A DNA stretch of 56,730 nucleotides, counting the filler, from Sphacelaria rigidula (taxonomy: Eukaryota): assembly GCA_964200075.2 (NCBI GenBank). It is 7 parts of 7 records of this genome, joined end to end, with 100 filler letters (N's around TTAATTAATTAA, not from the genome) between each part and the next. Parts side by side here need not be neighbours in the genome. Positions count along the whole stretch, not along the records: positions 24,358 to 32,376 come from CAXNAA020012614.1; positions 32,477 to 40,494 come from CAXNAA020012615.1; 5 more parts are not named here. One strand, written 5' to 3'. Shown one piece after another: positions 24,424 through 37,329 of the stretch. How positions within the stretch are numbered: position 1 is the first letter of the stretch; each line of letters opens with the position of its first letter. The notes under the pieces are model-generated. The model ran no database searches and was not told where the DNA came from. It saw only the letters and a list, made by a program, of their open reading frames with translations. The position numbers and the translations under genes were made by a program.

Positions 24424-27400
24424 TAAAGTGATGGCCGGAGATGTGATCTACCACCACTCGCTCAAGAGGGGCGTTGGCATCTTCAACCGTCATGTGATGC
24501 GGCGGGGCTTTGGCCGCATAGTTGGTCAACATGTACTGACTGAGATCCATTGGCAATTGACGATTGCATCATGTAGGGGCAGACACGGTTTACACCGCAG
24601 CATCGAAACTCGGTTATTACATGCCAGGTTCATTTGTGGGAACACCCAAATACAAGAGTTTCTCGCCTACCGGACTATTGTCTGGTGCGGCATCACAGGG
24701 CCCAACCGCCAAGATTTTCCAGGGACCAGCCCAATGCAAGGGTAGTTTCGACTTCAAGACGTTATCCAACGAATACTTTTGGGGCTAGCCTCTGGTTTAC
24801 GGTTTTCACATTATTGTACACCCATACCCATTGATCTACTTTCCACACCGGACGGTTGTTGACTGCATCACCCACACAGTGTTTGCCCTGGCTACTTTCG
24901 CTGCATTGGTTTGATTCTTCTCGCGAACCACCTCGTACGCAAGACGATAACGATTACTAACCGATATATGGTACTCCACGATATCCCGATCTAAACTTTG
25001 ATGCTCCCCGTAGGGTTTCCGTTCGAACACCGTCAGTGACAACCTGGGCATGTGACCAATATTAAGTTCATGGGGAGCCAGTCCCGTTGCAGCATTGACT
25101 GAATTGTTGTAGTTCATCTGAACAAGGGGCAATGCAAGTTCTAGTCCATTTGTAAATCGTTGGTTACTGTTGCAGCATTTGAGCCATCGTATGGTTCACT
25201 CGTTCATTCCCACCGTTTGTGAACGGATCGTATGAGCTAGTAAAAATAAGATGGGCACCCAGGGGTTACTGATCGAGGCAGAAAGGATGCCGGCGAAATG
25301 CGGGCCGTTATCGGACAACAATCGTTTGGGCACACCCCATTACGGAATGTACGTGTCTACAAGAATGTTGGCGGTACCTTCCGCGTTATAGCTACTGGCA
25401 GGGACGGCGTGCATCATCGCATGTTGACTGAATCTATCTGTCAAGAACAAAATATACCTATTACCACTATCCGTCAGGGACAAGGGGCCAAAATAGTCCC
25501 ACGAAACTACTTCACCAGGCCCCTTTGGGAGTGGCAAGGAAACAATTAGCAAACGAATTGTTTGACTAAAACATTTTCGCGCCTGACACCATAGGCAACT
25601 CCTCACCATCCAACGTAGACACTGATCCATACAAACCCACCAATAAAAACGCTCAACCATCTTGGAGGTCCGAACAACTCCCAGATGTGTCGATTCTCGC
25701 AAATAACACTCATGGAGAACCCATGGACGCAGAAGCATCGGCACATAAAGTCGTGTGGAATCATCACCCAACAGGCATGTTTACTGTTAGGTTTCTTCAC
25801 ACGGAGGGGCGCTGTGGGTCGGCGAAATAAAAGAACAACGCCATCATCATCGATATAGAGCATACCTTTTCGCGATAGTTTAATCACTTCATCCTGTGTG
25901 GGGACTTTGTGGTTCCCAACCGACAAGAGGAATTCAGTTGCTGGAAAAGGAGAGCAGCCTTTGGATAAATAATGCATAGACACTCTACAAGCAGATTCAG
26001 CTTGTTGTTCCCTGGACCAGTCGGCGTGGAAGAGAAGGGTCAAACGTTCCTCAAATACACTATCCGACGCTTTGTCCAAAATGAAGTGGTTCGTGTCACG
26101 GCGGTGTTGACTCGAATCAGGGATATTTGAATCACAGATGGGGGGATCAGATAGTGTACTTTCAAGCGAAACATTGTCTTCGATTCCTACGTCGACTAGC
26201 ACATCGGGTGATGAGGCATCAATGGGGATACCATCACCGAGGAAGGAGGGCAAAGTCGAGGCTTCGGCTATGGGAGAAAGAGGTGCCGTGGATGGGGTCG
26301 ATCCTCTGGGGGCCTTGCACCGTGGTGGTTGAGGGGGCGCAAGAAAAGCATCGGGCACCGGGATAGGAAGGTCTCGGCCAAAGGCCGCGAGGGTGGCGGC
26401 CGTATCGGCGGCCCGCCGTACCCAGTCTCTACTCGAGATGAGATCACAAACTTGAACCGGGAGGACGACATCAGTACAAGATGGTTCTACATCTGGAGCA
26501 CAAACTATTCGATGACCAGTTGCACGGAAATGATCATACCCGCTCGGGTTTGTACTAGCTCCACTCCAAACTGAACACAACGATTGTGGTGGCATACTGC
26601 CTAGTACAGAAGCGTGAGTTGAAGTCGTCAACCCATCGATGCCAAGTGCCGAGTTATTGTTCAGTGAGAGTGGTGTGTAGCTTCTGCTATGACGGTTTCT
26701 GCTAATGAAATATACAATGTCCTTGGTGGGATCCATATTACGCCCCAAGGCAGAGCCGTCGAGGTTTTCCAAAGACTAACGATCTGAGTAAATCACGAAC
26801 GGAATGCCTGCCAAATAAGTACTGACGGAGATGTCTCACTCCCCAAACAATCGCACCGGCCTCTTGCTCCATGACCGACTAGTTTCATTCGTTTGGGTAG
26901 GTGGTTCGGCTCCAATATAGAATGGGGCGAATGTTAGCATCTGGTTGTTCCTGCTCCAACGTGCAGACAAACCCAGTTTTGGAGGAATTCGTGTGAAGTC
27001 GGAACGGACGTGAGCCACTTTCAGCGGCCGACCAGACTAGAAAAACCAAGATTAGTGGTCGCGAGAGCATGTCAAGCAGTTGGCGCACTGTTTCTTTTTT
27101 TCCATTCCCGACGTAAATGGGAATACTGCTCTTTTATTTCAGAAGGGAGGTGAGCGGTTTGAGGGTCTGTGCTAGGTTTGGCAAATATTGTCGGTAGTAG
27201 CTCAAACCGCCGAGGAAGGAGAGCAGTTGAGATGTATCCCGTGGCATGGGCATATCTGTAAGTGGGGCAACCTTGTTGACGCTGGGCTACGACCTTCAGG
27301 AGTGATGCAGTGGCCCAGGAATTCGATGCTAGTCGCTCAAATGCGGGATTTGGACGGGTTAAGTTTCAAATTGTGCTGTTCAAAGCGAGCGAAGAAAGAC

Positions 27401-29040
27401 GCCAAGTGCTCAGCATGTTCGGAAGTGTGCTACCGTGTATTATTGCATCGTTGGGGTACACATGGCACTTGGAGAATCCACCACTCACACGAAACATGAC
27501 ACGTTAAAACGCCCCGGGGGCACCGGCGGCATCTTGTGGTGTCATCAGCCATTCGTAAGCCTGACGGCATACAACACGCCGTCAGTTCTTTGGATTGCGG
27601 GTCCATCACAATTTAGTGGTAAGCTGACGCACTATTTTCGTCGTGAAGGAAGGCATGATTGCAGTCCCGCTGAATGGATCCGATCCAAGTCCTGACAAGA
27701 AATCTGTGGACAAAACGTGCTTGTGATTGTGAACGGCTGCGCTGAAATACACATGCTGATGATCCCTTGGAGCAAGATTTCTGTTCGAAAGTGGGTTGGG
27801 GCACGGAGTGTCTTTTGCAGTTATTGGGGAATTTATCGAGTGTTTAATTTCGTATACTGTAAGGGATGGACGATGCCTGGGAAGGACAGTTGTCACAGCT
27901 GGCCGCGATAAGTGTTGCGGTTGGTGTGAGATACCGTGGTCGGCTGCAACAAGTAGCGAAGCGTAAGTTTGCGAAGCTGGCGAGACGACGGTATCTAGTA
28001 CGGACAAACGAAGGGACGTGTCGTCAAAGGGTGGAGGCGATTTGGCTACACTAGTCAATTCGCTACCCATGTTAGTCGGGGGCAACGTCGGTAAAATAGG
28101 GAACAAGCGGTCAAGCGTGGACAGCTCGTCGGTCACTACGCCATGTGTTCCTTGTGATGGAGACTCAGACGGGGAGTTTCCATGACAAGGAGACGAACGC
28201 CCAATTTGCAGCGAGGTATCTGACCCAAGAGATGACAACGCTCTTTTAGTGGTGGGTTCTAACACAGTGGGTGAGGGGTCGGCAGGGAGCATTGTTGATC
28301 TGCTCGAAATCTGGGAAACATCGGCCTGGTCGACAGAATCGCTTTGCCCCAGTGAAACCCACACCCGTTCACGAAATCGGCGGACGGGTGCAACGGCGTC
28401 ATCAGGGAAATCTACAGGGTCATCCGCAGGAGCCCACGGAGGGTGATGCGTATAGCGCACCAAAGGTTCGGTTGCTCCGGGGGCTATTGGGAATTGGTCA
28501 AGGACAGTCCGTCCTCCGTCACGTTCGTGGCGCTCCACCGCCGCTGTTGCTTAGGGTTCCTTCCCAACCCGCTGAGCGACGGGAAGCCGACACGGTTGCG
28601 CTCCGTGCTCGAACAATTACGCTCACCAAATAAACGGGGACCGGGCACCGACGTCATTTCGCTCGTGGGTGTAGCAGGGGTCGGCTCGGCACCCAAGCAT
28701 GTTTGGGGGCTGGTGTGTGGCCTTGAGGTTATTACCCTACGATGAACGGTCGCAGGGGTAACAGCTACCGCGCCAAAAGATGTTCCTGCTTCGGGGGCGG
28801 GAGGTGTTACGCTACATGTGCCGATCCCGCGAGGAGAAGGGATCCAACTGTCTATGATTATCACCACTTGGAGGTAGGACTAGGTGATCAGCTCGAGATT
28901 AAAATACTGGGGTTGGTCATTGCGTAATTGGGAGTCATGCAAAGATGCACGGGATGCTGCTACCATGGAACCCGTCATGACAGTCTGATCGAGCCTAGTG
29001 TACCCGCACCACGAACTTGAACCTGTGCCATACGACATTA
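24424..29040 (-). mobile_element. Degenerate Ty3/Gypsy LTR retrotransposon (gag-like, partial RT, RNase H, spacer, integrase, GPY/F, start of chromodomain)
   Basis: RT remnant CHVYPNDAII (for YLDD) and KLNPSK...IEFLGH at ~27250-27480. RNase H PFRLHTNSSKTGFVCTLEQ...PILYWSRT (26885-27088). Integrase zinc finger and core HLGVVRT...FYWW...CLWCQARK...WDYFGPL...TDRFS (25340-25771), YNNSVNAATGLAP (24836-25132), WAGPWKI (~24720). RT-RH-INT order is that of Gypsy. Confidence 0.9.
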
Positions 29041-29479
29041 TTTCAGTTCTGTGATGTGTGTTCACTGGCCGAGCGAAAGAAAAGGGGGGGGGGGGGGGGG
29101 CTTCGCGGCGTGTTGGCCGACAATCGGTGGGTCTCAGGCCGGGGGCGTGGGCGAACAGCGAAGAAAAAACCAAAAGTNNNNNNNNNNTACACGCTCTCAC
29201 TCTGTGTTTTTTTTGTGTTTGGGTGTGGTTGGCGGGGGGGGAGGGAGAAGGGGGGGGGGGGGGGGGGGGGGGACTTCCGCGTCGTGTTGCCGTCAATCGT
29301 TGGTTCCCTATCATGGGCCTGTGGCGAACAACGAGGAATCAACGCAAAGTGTATTCCAAACGGTCCGTTGACGACGGCCTAATTCTGAGGCAGTGGTACA
29401 CACTGAATCGTCCCACTGTATTCTTTTTTGAAAACGCGGTGTTTGGTAATTTCCAAAATATCGTCATGTGGCGCGTGGA

Positions 29480-30650
29480 GTATTAGTGAAGGGACATAAT
29501 CACTCTGGCAGGCCTTGAACGTTTTGTGACGTCCAACCACAAGATCACAAGGAGGCGTCTGCTATCTTGTGATTGACCCTGTCCATACCTGTGAAAGGCG
29601 CCAGAATGAGATATGAGAAGTTTTGGGCCGAAAGCCTTTGTGCCCGAGCCTAGAAGTACGACTGATCGCACTGTGGGTTGAGATTTCCGTGATCACTACC
29701 GCGATCACAATAATAAACTGGGGGTGGTTGTTTGAACTGCGCGAATCGCGATGTTGGGGGCGACGGTTCGAATGTATACGCCCGTATTGTGAGGATTTGG
29801 TCCAAAGAAAGTAATTTGAGTACACCGAACGCGTTTGTGGACGGGTTCTCCCAAATGCGCATCGAACATTCGATGCGCAACCGATTGACATGTATCCTTA
29901 CAGGGGCGGATCAAGTCAGTTTGAAGGAGGGGGTCGACGTAACGGTTCCACATCGGTGTCTTCGATAAGGCCCGTAGACGTGCTGGTTTGATGTGCTTAT
30001 TGTGATGAAGCTCAGAGGCGTTGCAAGATATACTCTGTGCGGGTCTGCTCATAGACCCTGGATTCTGTGACGCGTTGTTATCGCGTTTGCTACTGTCATA
30101 AGTTAGGGTTGTTCAACCGTGGCCCTAGGCCGCGGCGCCCCATCTGATCAGTTGCTGCTCTTGCCGTGGTCTACCCTGGGCCATCACTTCGCTCTGCTCC
30201 TATGGCTGCCCTGCGGCTCTACTGAGTAAGAGAGGCTTGTAGATAAAACATGATGCTAAGCAAACAGGTGAGTTCCTAATCAAGAGTCTGAACATACATG
30301 AATCTACTTGTGATAAGTCAAGGAAGAATAGCTAGGTCTGTGTGAGTTTGCCCACGTGGGAGCTTGGTGGGTTGGCCCCATGGTATCTCCTGGCACTTAT
30401 ACTGAGAGACCCCAGCCACTGCATTAGCTAACTCCCTCTCTATGACACTTATCACCACATTTTTGGTGCGAACATCAAAGGAGAGAGTCGACTCGTAATC
30501 ACGACGGAGGTTGGTACCGTCGCTGAAGACAAGACCTAACCGACTGACTGTACGATCAATTTCAGCCAGCGAGACAGAACAGTGGAATGCATCCGTGCGG
30601 CTTGAATTTGAATCAAAAAGGGCAAGAAAGTAAGAAACCGTCATGAGAGA
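29480..30650 (-). mobile_element. Retroelement gag(/protease)-like remnant
   Basis: 30330-30480 is homologous to 35820-35960 (AGVSQYxCQxIPW.x.TKLP), which abuts Gypsy integrase sequence in contig 5. VVLLGSG may be a decayed aspartic-protease LDSG motif. Confidence 0.4.
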
Positions 30651-31679
30651 CTACGTTGTGCTCGTAGAAGTTTTAATGTCAGAAGTTGGCTGCATTCGAT
30701 GGGTTTTATTCGCCACGCAGCTTAGTCGACACCGCACATTCACCCGGCCTGCCACCATTCCAATGAGGTGTTGGGGTGAGGTAAATGTGGAAACTTCATG
30801 AAAGATTTCAGGAACCTCAGAAAAAAAAACAGTTTGGGGTATACGACACAATTATAAGAGTGCCTTGGCATAAGGTGACTGTTGCCATGCAGTATTGTAC
30901 AGAGATATCGAAGATTCAATCATGCCGCCATGGGAAACGAATCTGTACTTACGAGGCACAGCGAACATTGACGTCAACCCGCGAAGTCCTGTTTTGAGGA
31001 CTCGGGGGGGGGGGGGGGGGGTAACTTGGGAAACAGTAGCGAGGGCGGGAGGAAGGTGCAAGCTGACAAAGTCCCCACCCTCGGGTGGCACGTTCCAGCT
31101 AGCGCGAGTCGCAGCTGCACGTTGGCAAAGTCCCGACACTCTGGTGTACTGTTCAACTGACGGTACCGTCCGCAGGATCTTGAGGCCCGCTACAATTAGC
31201 TGAGGTGGAAGTTGGGTGACATGCAGCACAGGCGGACAAGTGAAATACACTTGAGCGACCCCCCGAAAAATGCCGTATTTAAAGTACAGTACAGACCACG
31301 TAGCGCAGCCAGTATGGCTTCGTACAGTGCGGTGTCGTATCGACAAACGGCATGATACGAGAGAGTAAGGTCACGTGTACTGTGGAATACGAAATATAGG
31401 GGGGCTATACAGCACAGACAGTAAGCAGTTGTGGCGTTGTACTACGTTGTACAGAGCAATCGAGTGAATACACACCGTCCATGGCCGCTGTTGCAGGCGA
31501 GCAATGCCGTAATTTTCAGTGCCTACAACAATATCGCACAGATTTTCGACAACCCGGGACAGTACAGACTACGTGCTTGGAGCTACAGCATGAAGTACAA
31601 TGTTTCACCAGCAGTAGTCGTCCCGCTTGTGAAGCAACAATCGCAAGCAGTGCAGTGTGCACAGCGCCAAAGGAGAAGG

Positions 31680-31850
31680 GGGGGGAGGGTGTACTCATGA
31701 TCATGCATGCCATAGTCATAAGACCATTGACCTGGCATCCCCAAAATGTCGGGACGGAGCACGCCGGATTTTCGCCGCACCAGGCTCGCACTCAAACCAC
31801 CAAACGCGAAGCGCCGTGGTGTGTTCGGCGGGTCGCATGAACGGTGAGCT
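31680..31850 (+). repeat. G-tract-capped interspersed repeat (GGGGTGTACTCATGAT...GACCATTGACC...GCATCCC); other copies at 46050-46220(-), 45565-45675(-), 40690-40760(-), 13150-13200(-), 2744-2805(+)
   Basis: Colinear similarity between copies on four different contigs plus two shorter matches. Confidence 0.65.
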
Positions 31851-32476
31851 GCACCCTGCTAAGATTGCTCCGCTCGAAGTCTTCTGATTATCTTGCACTT
31901 GGATGACAGCCAACAATGAGTTGCATAATTTTGTGGTATTGCCACTGCCAGAGACAGCACCGGTTTATAGACTGCATCATGGGTGTCTCACCATTTATGA
32001 AAAGGGGGGGGGGGTGTCTAGGACAGCATAGATCACAGATCTCGTATGTGCTGAAGATCAATGAAAACAACGAATGGGTCGAAAGGAAATGCGAAGCACC
32101 GACCGAGCACCTACAAAGCCAAAGTACCAGCGACACTCCTTGCACATCGTGAAGGCTGGGAACAGCCAACAAGGGAGCCGAGCCGAGAATCCCGGCAGAA
32201 CACAGTACTGTACCTCGACTGTATGGGGTGTCGAACACATAGAAGCTGGGCCAGCCTAAAAACGGATTAAGCTTTAAAAGCAATATCTCATCGACACAGA
32301 CGAGTTGGGCCGTGACCCGCATATCGTATTAATCGTCTAACCAAGGGAAATGTGCCCCTCTGATCAAAAGTTTGGGNNNNNNNNNNNNNNNNNNNNNNNN
32401 NNNNNNNNNNNNNNNNNNNNTTAATTAATTAANNNNNNNNNNNNNNNNNNNNNNNNNNNNNNNNNNNNNNNNNNNN

Positions 32477-33864
32477 CGTGGTACTCAAATGGCAAGGCGT
32501 TGAGGTATTTTAAGAGGATATGGTTTTCGCTCAGGGGTTGATGTTCCTCGTATAAATTCAGGTATCGTGCAATTTCCTCCATCTCGAGCAGCTTCTGCTC
32601 TGGGTAGTCACGAACACCAATCTTGACTCCATCGAATTTTCCCAACAAAGCGGTTCTTGCCCCATTTATTTTGGGGCGAAAGGCATCCGTGAGCTTTCTC
32701 CAAACCGCACCATGTGAGTGGACTCTGAGCAAGATATCTTGCTCTCTCTTTCCTTCCAAACTGGCGACAAGCATCCGTCTCGTCCTCACGTGGGCTGCCC
32801 CCGTGTCCTCCCCGTATGTAGTTTCTAGATATCCCAGTGCTAATTCAGAGTCACCGGCATCTACGTCGTGCGAACTATCGCCGGCCATGGTAAACACCCA
32901 GTCAATTCCTTCGCCCCTCATGAAGTTGATCAGCTCATGTCTGTACCGAGCATATTCTGCGTTCATCCCTGAAAATTCGGGACATTCTGTCGAAAAACGG
33001 GAACTCCTGACACATTTCCACTTGCATCGTTCATTAAGATTGACTCACGTTAGGGGACAAAGCCCCTAGCTCCGTCGTTTGTGGCCTCGTTTTCTCCTGC
33101 GTCGCGCGCTCCTTCCTCCGCAACGGCGTTGATTCCCGATGTACCGGCGGTCTCTTCGAACCCCGGCACCATGTCGCTCTACTGCATTGTTTATGCTGGA
33201 TCCCTCCTGTTAACTATGGGAACCATCACTATCGAGGACGCCATTGTTTTCTGCGCCCCCGGACTCTCTTACTACCCTCAAATCGTTCATGTCACTCCGC
33301 AATGCAGTTTGGTTTAACTGCAAGTCACGCAGTAGCTCAGCCATGGAACTCAGCTGGCTAGTCACCATCCCCAATTGCTCAATAACACCTTGCTCACCGA
33401 CTACTGTAGTAAACAGCTTGGAACCGTTTTTGAGATTCAACGTTTGGATGAGGTTCAACTCGAAAACAGTGCTTTCCCTGACCTAAAGTCATGACCAATT
33501 AATTTCATATGGACGACCTCATGCCCCCCGATCTCCTTGAAACTATCTTCGGGGGTTGCCCGTCTTCCGTGCCCCCAAAGCGTATATGCGAAAGCACCAA
33601 TTTCGGGCTAAACACGTCTGCTTTTTCGCGCCGAAATCGAGGCAAAACGGTGCTTTCGCACATACGCTTTGGGGGCACGGAAGATGGGCAACCCCCAAAA
33701 TAGTTGTAAGGAGGTCGAGGGGCATAAGGTCGTCCATATGAAATTCATTGATAATGACCTTAGGTCAGGGGAGGCACTGTTTTCGAGTTGAATCTCACCC
33801 AAATGTTGAACCTCAAAAACGGATCCAGGCTGTTTGTAGCAAGTCTACCCCCTTGATCTGCCAT
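32477..33864 (-). mobile_element. Ty1/Copia gag (UBN2/Retrotran_gag_2-like), interrupted by a MITE
   Basis: AVWRKLTDAFRPK...LLGKFDGVKI...LLEMEEIARYL...ILLKYLNALPFEYH is a Copia gag signature. The N-terminus MADQGGRLATVVGEQ is restored when the 33412-33834 insertion is removed. Confidence 0.75.
33412..33834. mobile_element. Fold-back MITE, family A (~420 bp, ~190-bp arms), 7-bp TSD
   Basis: AACAGCTTGGAACCGTTTTTGAG ... CTCAAAAACGGATCCAGGCTGTT; near-palindromic throughout. Flanks TGTAGTA / TGTAGCA. Confidence 0.85.
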
Positions 33865-34669
33865 TTTGCCCAACCGGTTGTAACACTAGTGTATTCCGTG
33901 GCCCGTGGCGAGGGGTAGATAGGTTTATTTTTCGTATTATTGGAGACTGCCTTGACGGAGTCGATCCTATGATAGAGGGATCAGATGTGGAGTGAGGGCT
34001 TGCGGCGCTGACGCTGCCGGCCCGAGCATGGTACTGCAGTCACACACACTCGACTACCAGTACCCGTGCGTCAGCATAAATCTATCCGCACATGTGCATG
34101 TTCACTCAGTGTACCCGTTCATATGAACACCGATTCTCCCACACCTCAAACAAAGAAGCAGAATCTGCTACCACAAAGCGCGAGTGCGCTTGAAGACGCA
34201 GGAGCACACAATGCTGCTCTGGGCTAGCGAACTTATAAACGGAAGAATCCAGAAATGCCTCGACGCGCTAGCCAAAGTAAAGAGGCAAACGGGAAGACAT
34301 ACCAGGGACACAACGTCCACGTCGGGTGATACCAAACTCAACCGTCGAAAGATCAATCACATGCGACGAGCGCATGGTGGCTGAGAAAAACAAATGAATA
34401 ATTAATTCAAAGACTGTAAGTGGTCCAGCGCCAGTCATACAAACCAAGAGCGAGAATACGAAAAGCTCCAGTAGCCGAGGATGAAGGTGCTCCAGGCAAG
34501 TTCCGTTCATGGCCTGTTGTTGTGCGCCGAAGGAGCCCCGATTGTAGGCTATTGAAGAAGTCGGTGGGCGGCACTGGTGTGTCTTGAATGATGGAAGCAG
34601 GGGGCAATATCTAAACGATAGAGGAAGGAGAAAAGAGGAAAATGTCGTGGATAAAACAGCAGGAGGTCA

Positions 34670-35960
34670 GTGAAAGCTCAAAGCGATGCGTTGACATCAT
34701 GTGCGATCGACGTTGCGTGTTGGATTCCGCGGCGGAGGCCTTTGGACTTGAGTCTCTGGAGACACCAAGATCCTCGTGGTGCAGATGGACCGGTAGTATA
34801 TAGCTCTGGGCGAAGCTTGAGCTGCACGGGTCCAGGATCATCGATGAAGCGCACAATGGATGTGTCAGTCGCGTTCAGGTTGGCGGAGTGGGTCTGGCCC
34901 AGCGACCAGAGGTTGTCGCTGCCTTCGTACCACAGATAGGCACCTTTGGGGAGGACTCCCTGTTTTGCGCGGATTTTTGCTTCCCAATGCACAGTGGATA
35001 CCAATTCATAACCATCGACGACAAAGCACAAATATTAGTCATGGTGAAGTTCGCGGACTGCTGCACCGCGGCGCACGTTGTGATATTTGTTGTTGTTAGC
35101 AAGATGTTGCTGCTGGGGTTGTGTACAATACAGGAGAATAGCTCGGCGGTGCAGCTGAAGGTCCGATTCACGTTCCCAGGATACTCTCCAAAGGCCGTGT
35201 CAGCGAGTTTGGTAGATTACAGCAATTTTATCTCCTTGCCCACGAAGTATCTGATGACTAGAGATATGGGACACGGCTAGGCGAAAGGGTTTTCCCGTCA
35301 CATTGTCAGTGGTAACGTGATGAGGCGGTGACTTAGTCGACTAGCTGTCAAGCACATATTGCGTAAGACCGGCAGGCAGATATCTGAGCATGTCGCTAAT
35401 GTCATGCAGATTTGTGCGAGGTCTGCAACGGTGCACAGAGACGCGAGATTTGGCGTCATGTACCTGAAGGTCGCGAGGGAGATCGAGATAAAAAAGTTTG
35501 TCGCCAACAGGCTTGCCATCAGGTGACGATAGCGAGGGCCCTACGGTCAGAATCTTGAATGGTCCTGTCCAGTTGAGGGATAACTTAGTCTTCAAGACTG
35601 TCTGTTTGGCGGCTCTGTCGGCGCCTTGGCGGATGATCGACAAATTGTTGTAGACCCAGACCCAATCGCCAACCTTCTAAGTAGGGCGCTTGTGCATCAA
35701 AATGTAGAGAGTGTTATTAGATCTCTGAAGGCGCAAAGCGCTGATAACTTGTTGTTCACGCACGAATCTCCCAGCAGTATAAATAAAGAACTCACTCTGT
35801 TGTGTGCTTGGTGGATAAGCTAAGGTCTGTATGATAGTGCCCACGTTGGGAGCTTGGTAAGCTTGAACCATGGTATCCTCTGGCACTCATACTGAGAAAC
35901 CCCAGCCAATGAAGCAGCTACTCCATCTATATCACACTATCCACTAGTTTTCAGAACAAA
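34670..35960 (-). mobile_element. Gypsy 3' pol remnant: GPY/F, chromodomain-like and extra C-terminal region, fused to a gag-like fragment
   Basis: LSLNWTGPFKIL (35341-35643); VSHISSHQILRGQGDKIAVIYQTR*HGLWRVSWERESDL (35160-35280); VRFIDDPGPVQL...GSWCLQ (34678-35031). Homologous to 24430-24780. Confidence 0.75.
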
Positions 35961-36703
35961 TCTGGCCATCAAGTCTGTGTTCGGCAACGCCGTACTCGAC
36001 GTATACATTTTCCCCCTCTCCCCCTCTTTTTTAACCCATCGAAATACGTTTTGACAGTACTCTATCAAGTTTGATGTTCATCGCTTATGATTGAGGTACT
36101 ATGACGCACGTTGAGTGATGCCCCCCAACCCGTCATTTTTCACCAAAAATCGACAATGACTACAAAAATGGAACACCTAGAGCTAGGACGTTCCAGATTT
36201 TCCCCTTTGGCACAAGTCTTCACGCATCACAATGCATCACAATGCATCACAACGCATCACTTTCTTGCATCGAAGAGGGAAATGAGTCAACTTGGGGGAT
36301 AAAATTAGCCTAATCCCGGATTTTCGGAACAGTTTTGGGCATTCTTCTCAGTGTTTGGCAACGCCGAACTCGACGAACACGTTCGTAGAGCTCTATGCTT
36401 TCCGTTTGTTTAGAGTTACCCAACCAAGTGGAATTAGTTTCGACATAATTCTACGAAAAGTCGCTGTTCGACGGATGTGGCCGCGTTACAATGAAACACG
36501 TTTGCTGCCCGCCCCCTTCACACACAACTTTTTCACCAAAATCGACAATCACTGCGAGAACGGCAGGCGTAGCTCGCAGACAGCAGCGAGCATGAAACAG
36601 AGCAAACCAAGCAGCGAAAACTTCACCGAATCTTTCTCGACGATGATTTTCCAAGCCCTGGTCCCTTGCGCAGTAACACCTACGGCGAAGATATCCACGA
36701 GTG

Positions 36704-37145
36704 AACACGGGATCTCAATAGTTGGGGATGGCTCTTTTATTGGGGATGAGAAGCCCGGAGAATTAAAACCTTCGTATCCACACCAAACATTCGAAATATG
36801 GTTCCATTTCTCCCCCTACTGATAGCTATTGACAACTGCTACACGCCATAGAAATTTGGGTTTCGATCGCCGGAATGTTGGGGCCCTAGGTGAAAGACCA
36901 GTTTTGGAGAATTCCGGGTGTCCGAACGGACGCCAAAGTAGTTCCGATTTGTTTTTTACCTAGGACCCCAATATTTCGGTGATCGAAATCAAAATTTCTC
37001 TAGCGTGAAGAAGTTGTCAATAGATATCAGAAGCTAAAGAAATTGAATTATATTTCGAAGATTTGGTGTGTATACTAAGATTTTAATTCTCCGGGTTTCT
37101 CATCCCCAATAAAAGATCCATCCCCAATTTGTAAGATCCCGTCTT
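36704..37145. mobile_element. Fold-back MITE, family B (~440 bp)
   Basis: AACACGGGAT...ATCCCGTCTT; ~200-bp inverted arms. Homologous to 39104-39547 and 49800-50265. Confidence 0.8.
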
Positions 37146-37329
37146 TATTGGCGACAGTCTGACCATTACACCACTGGGGCGCGGCGGCTATCACTGTAGT
37201 GTGTAGATGGGTGTTCAAGGGCTCTTAGATGATGATTTTGTGTGTTCGTGGCCGCAGCAGCTGAGGGCGTTTTTTCCCTAGTGGAGTGTTGGAGGGCTAG
37301 CAAACTTGATTACTGTAGTTAATCATATG

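Noticed and set aside
33870..34129. LTR and primer-binding site for the Copia or Gypsy remnant (minus-strand TGTTCATATG after a purine-rich run)
   Set aside because: No second LTR, no clear CA end and no recognisable PBS; ownership is ambiguous.
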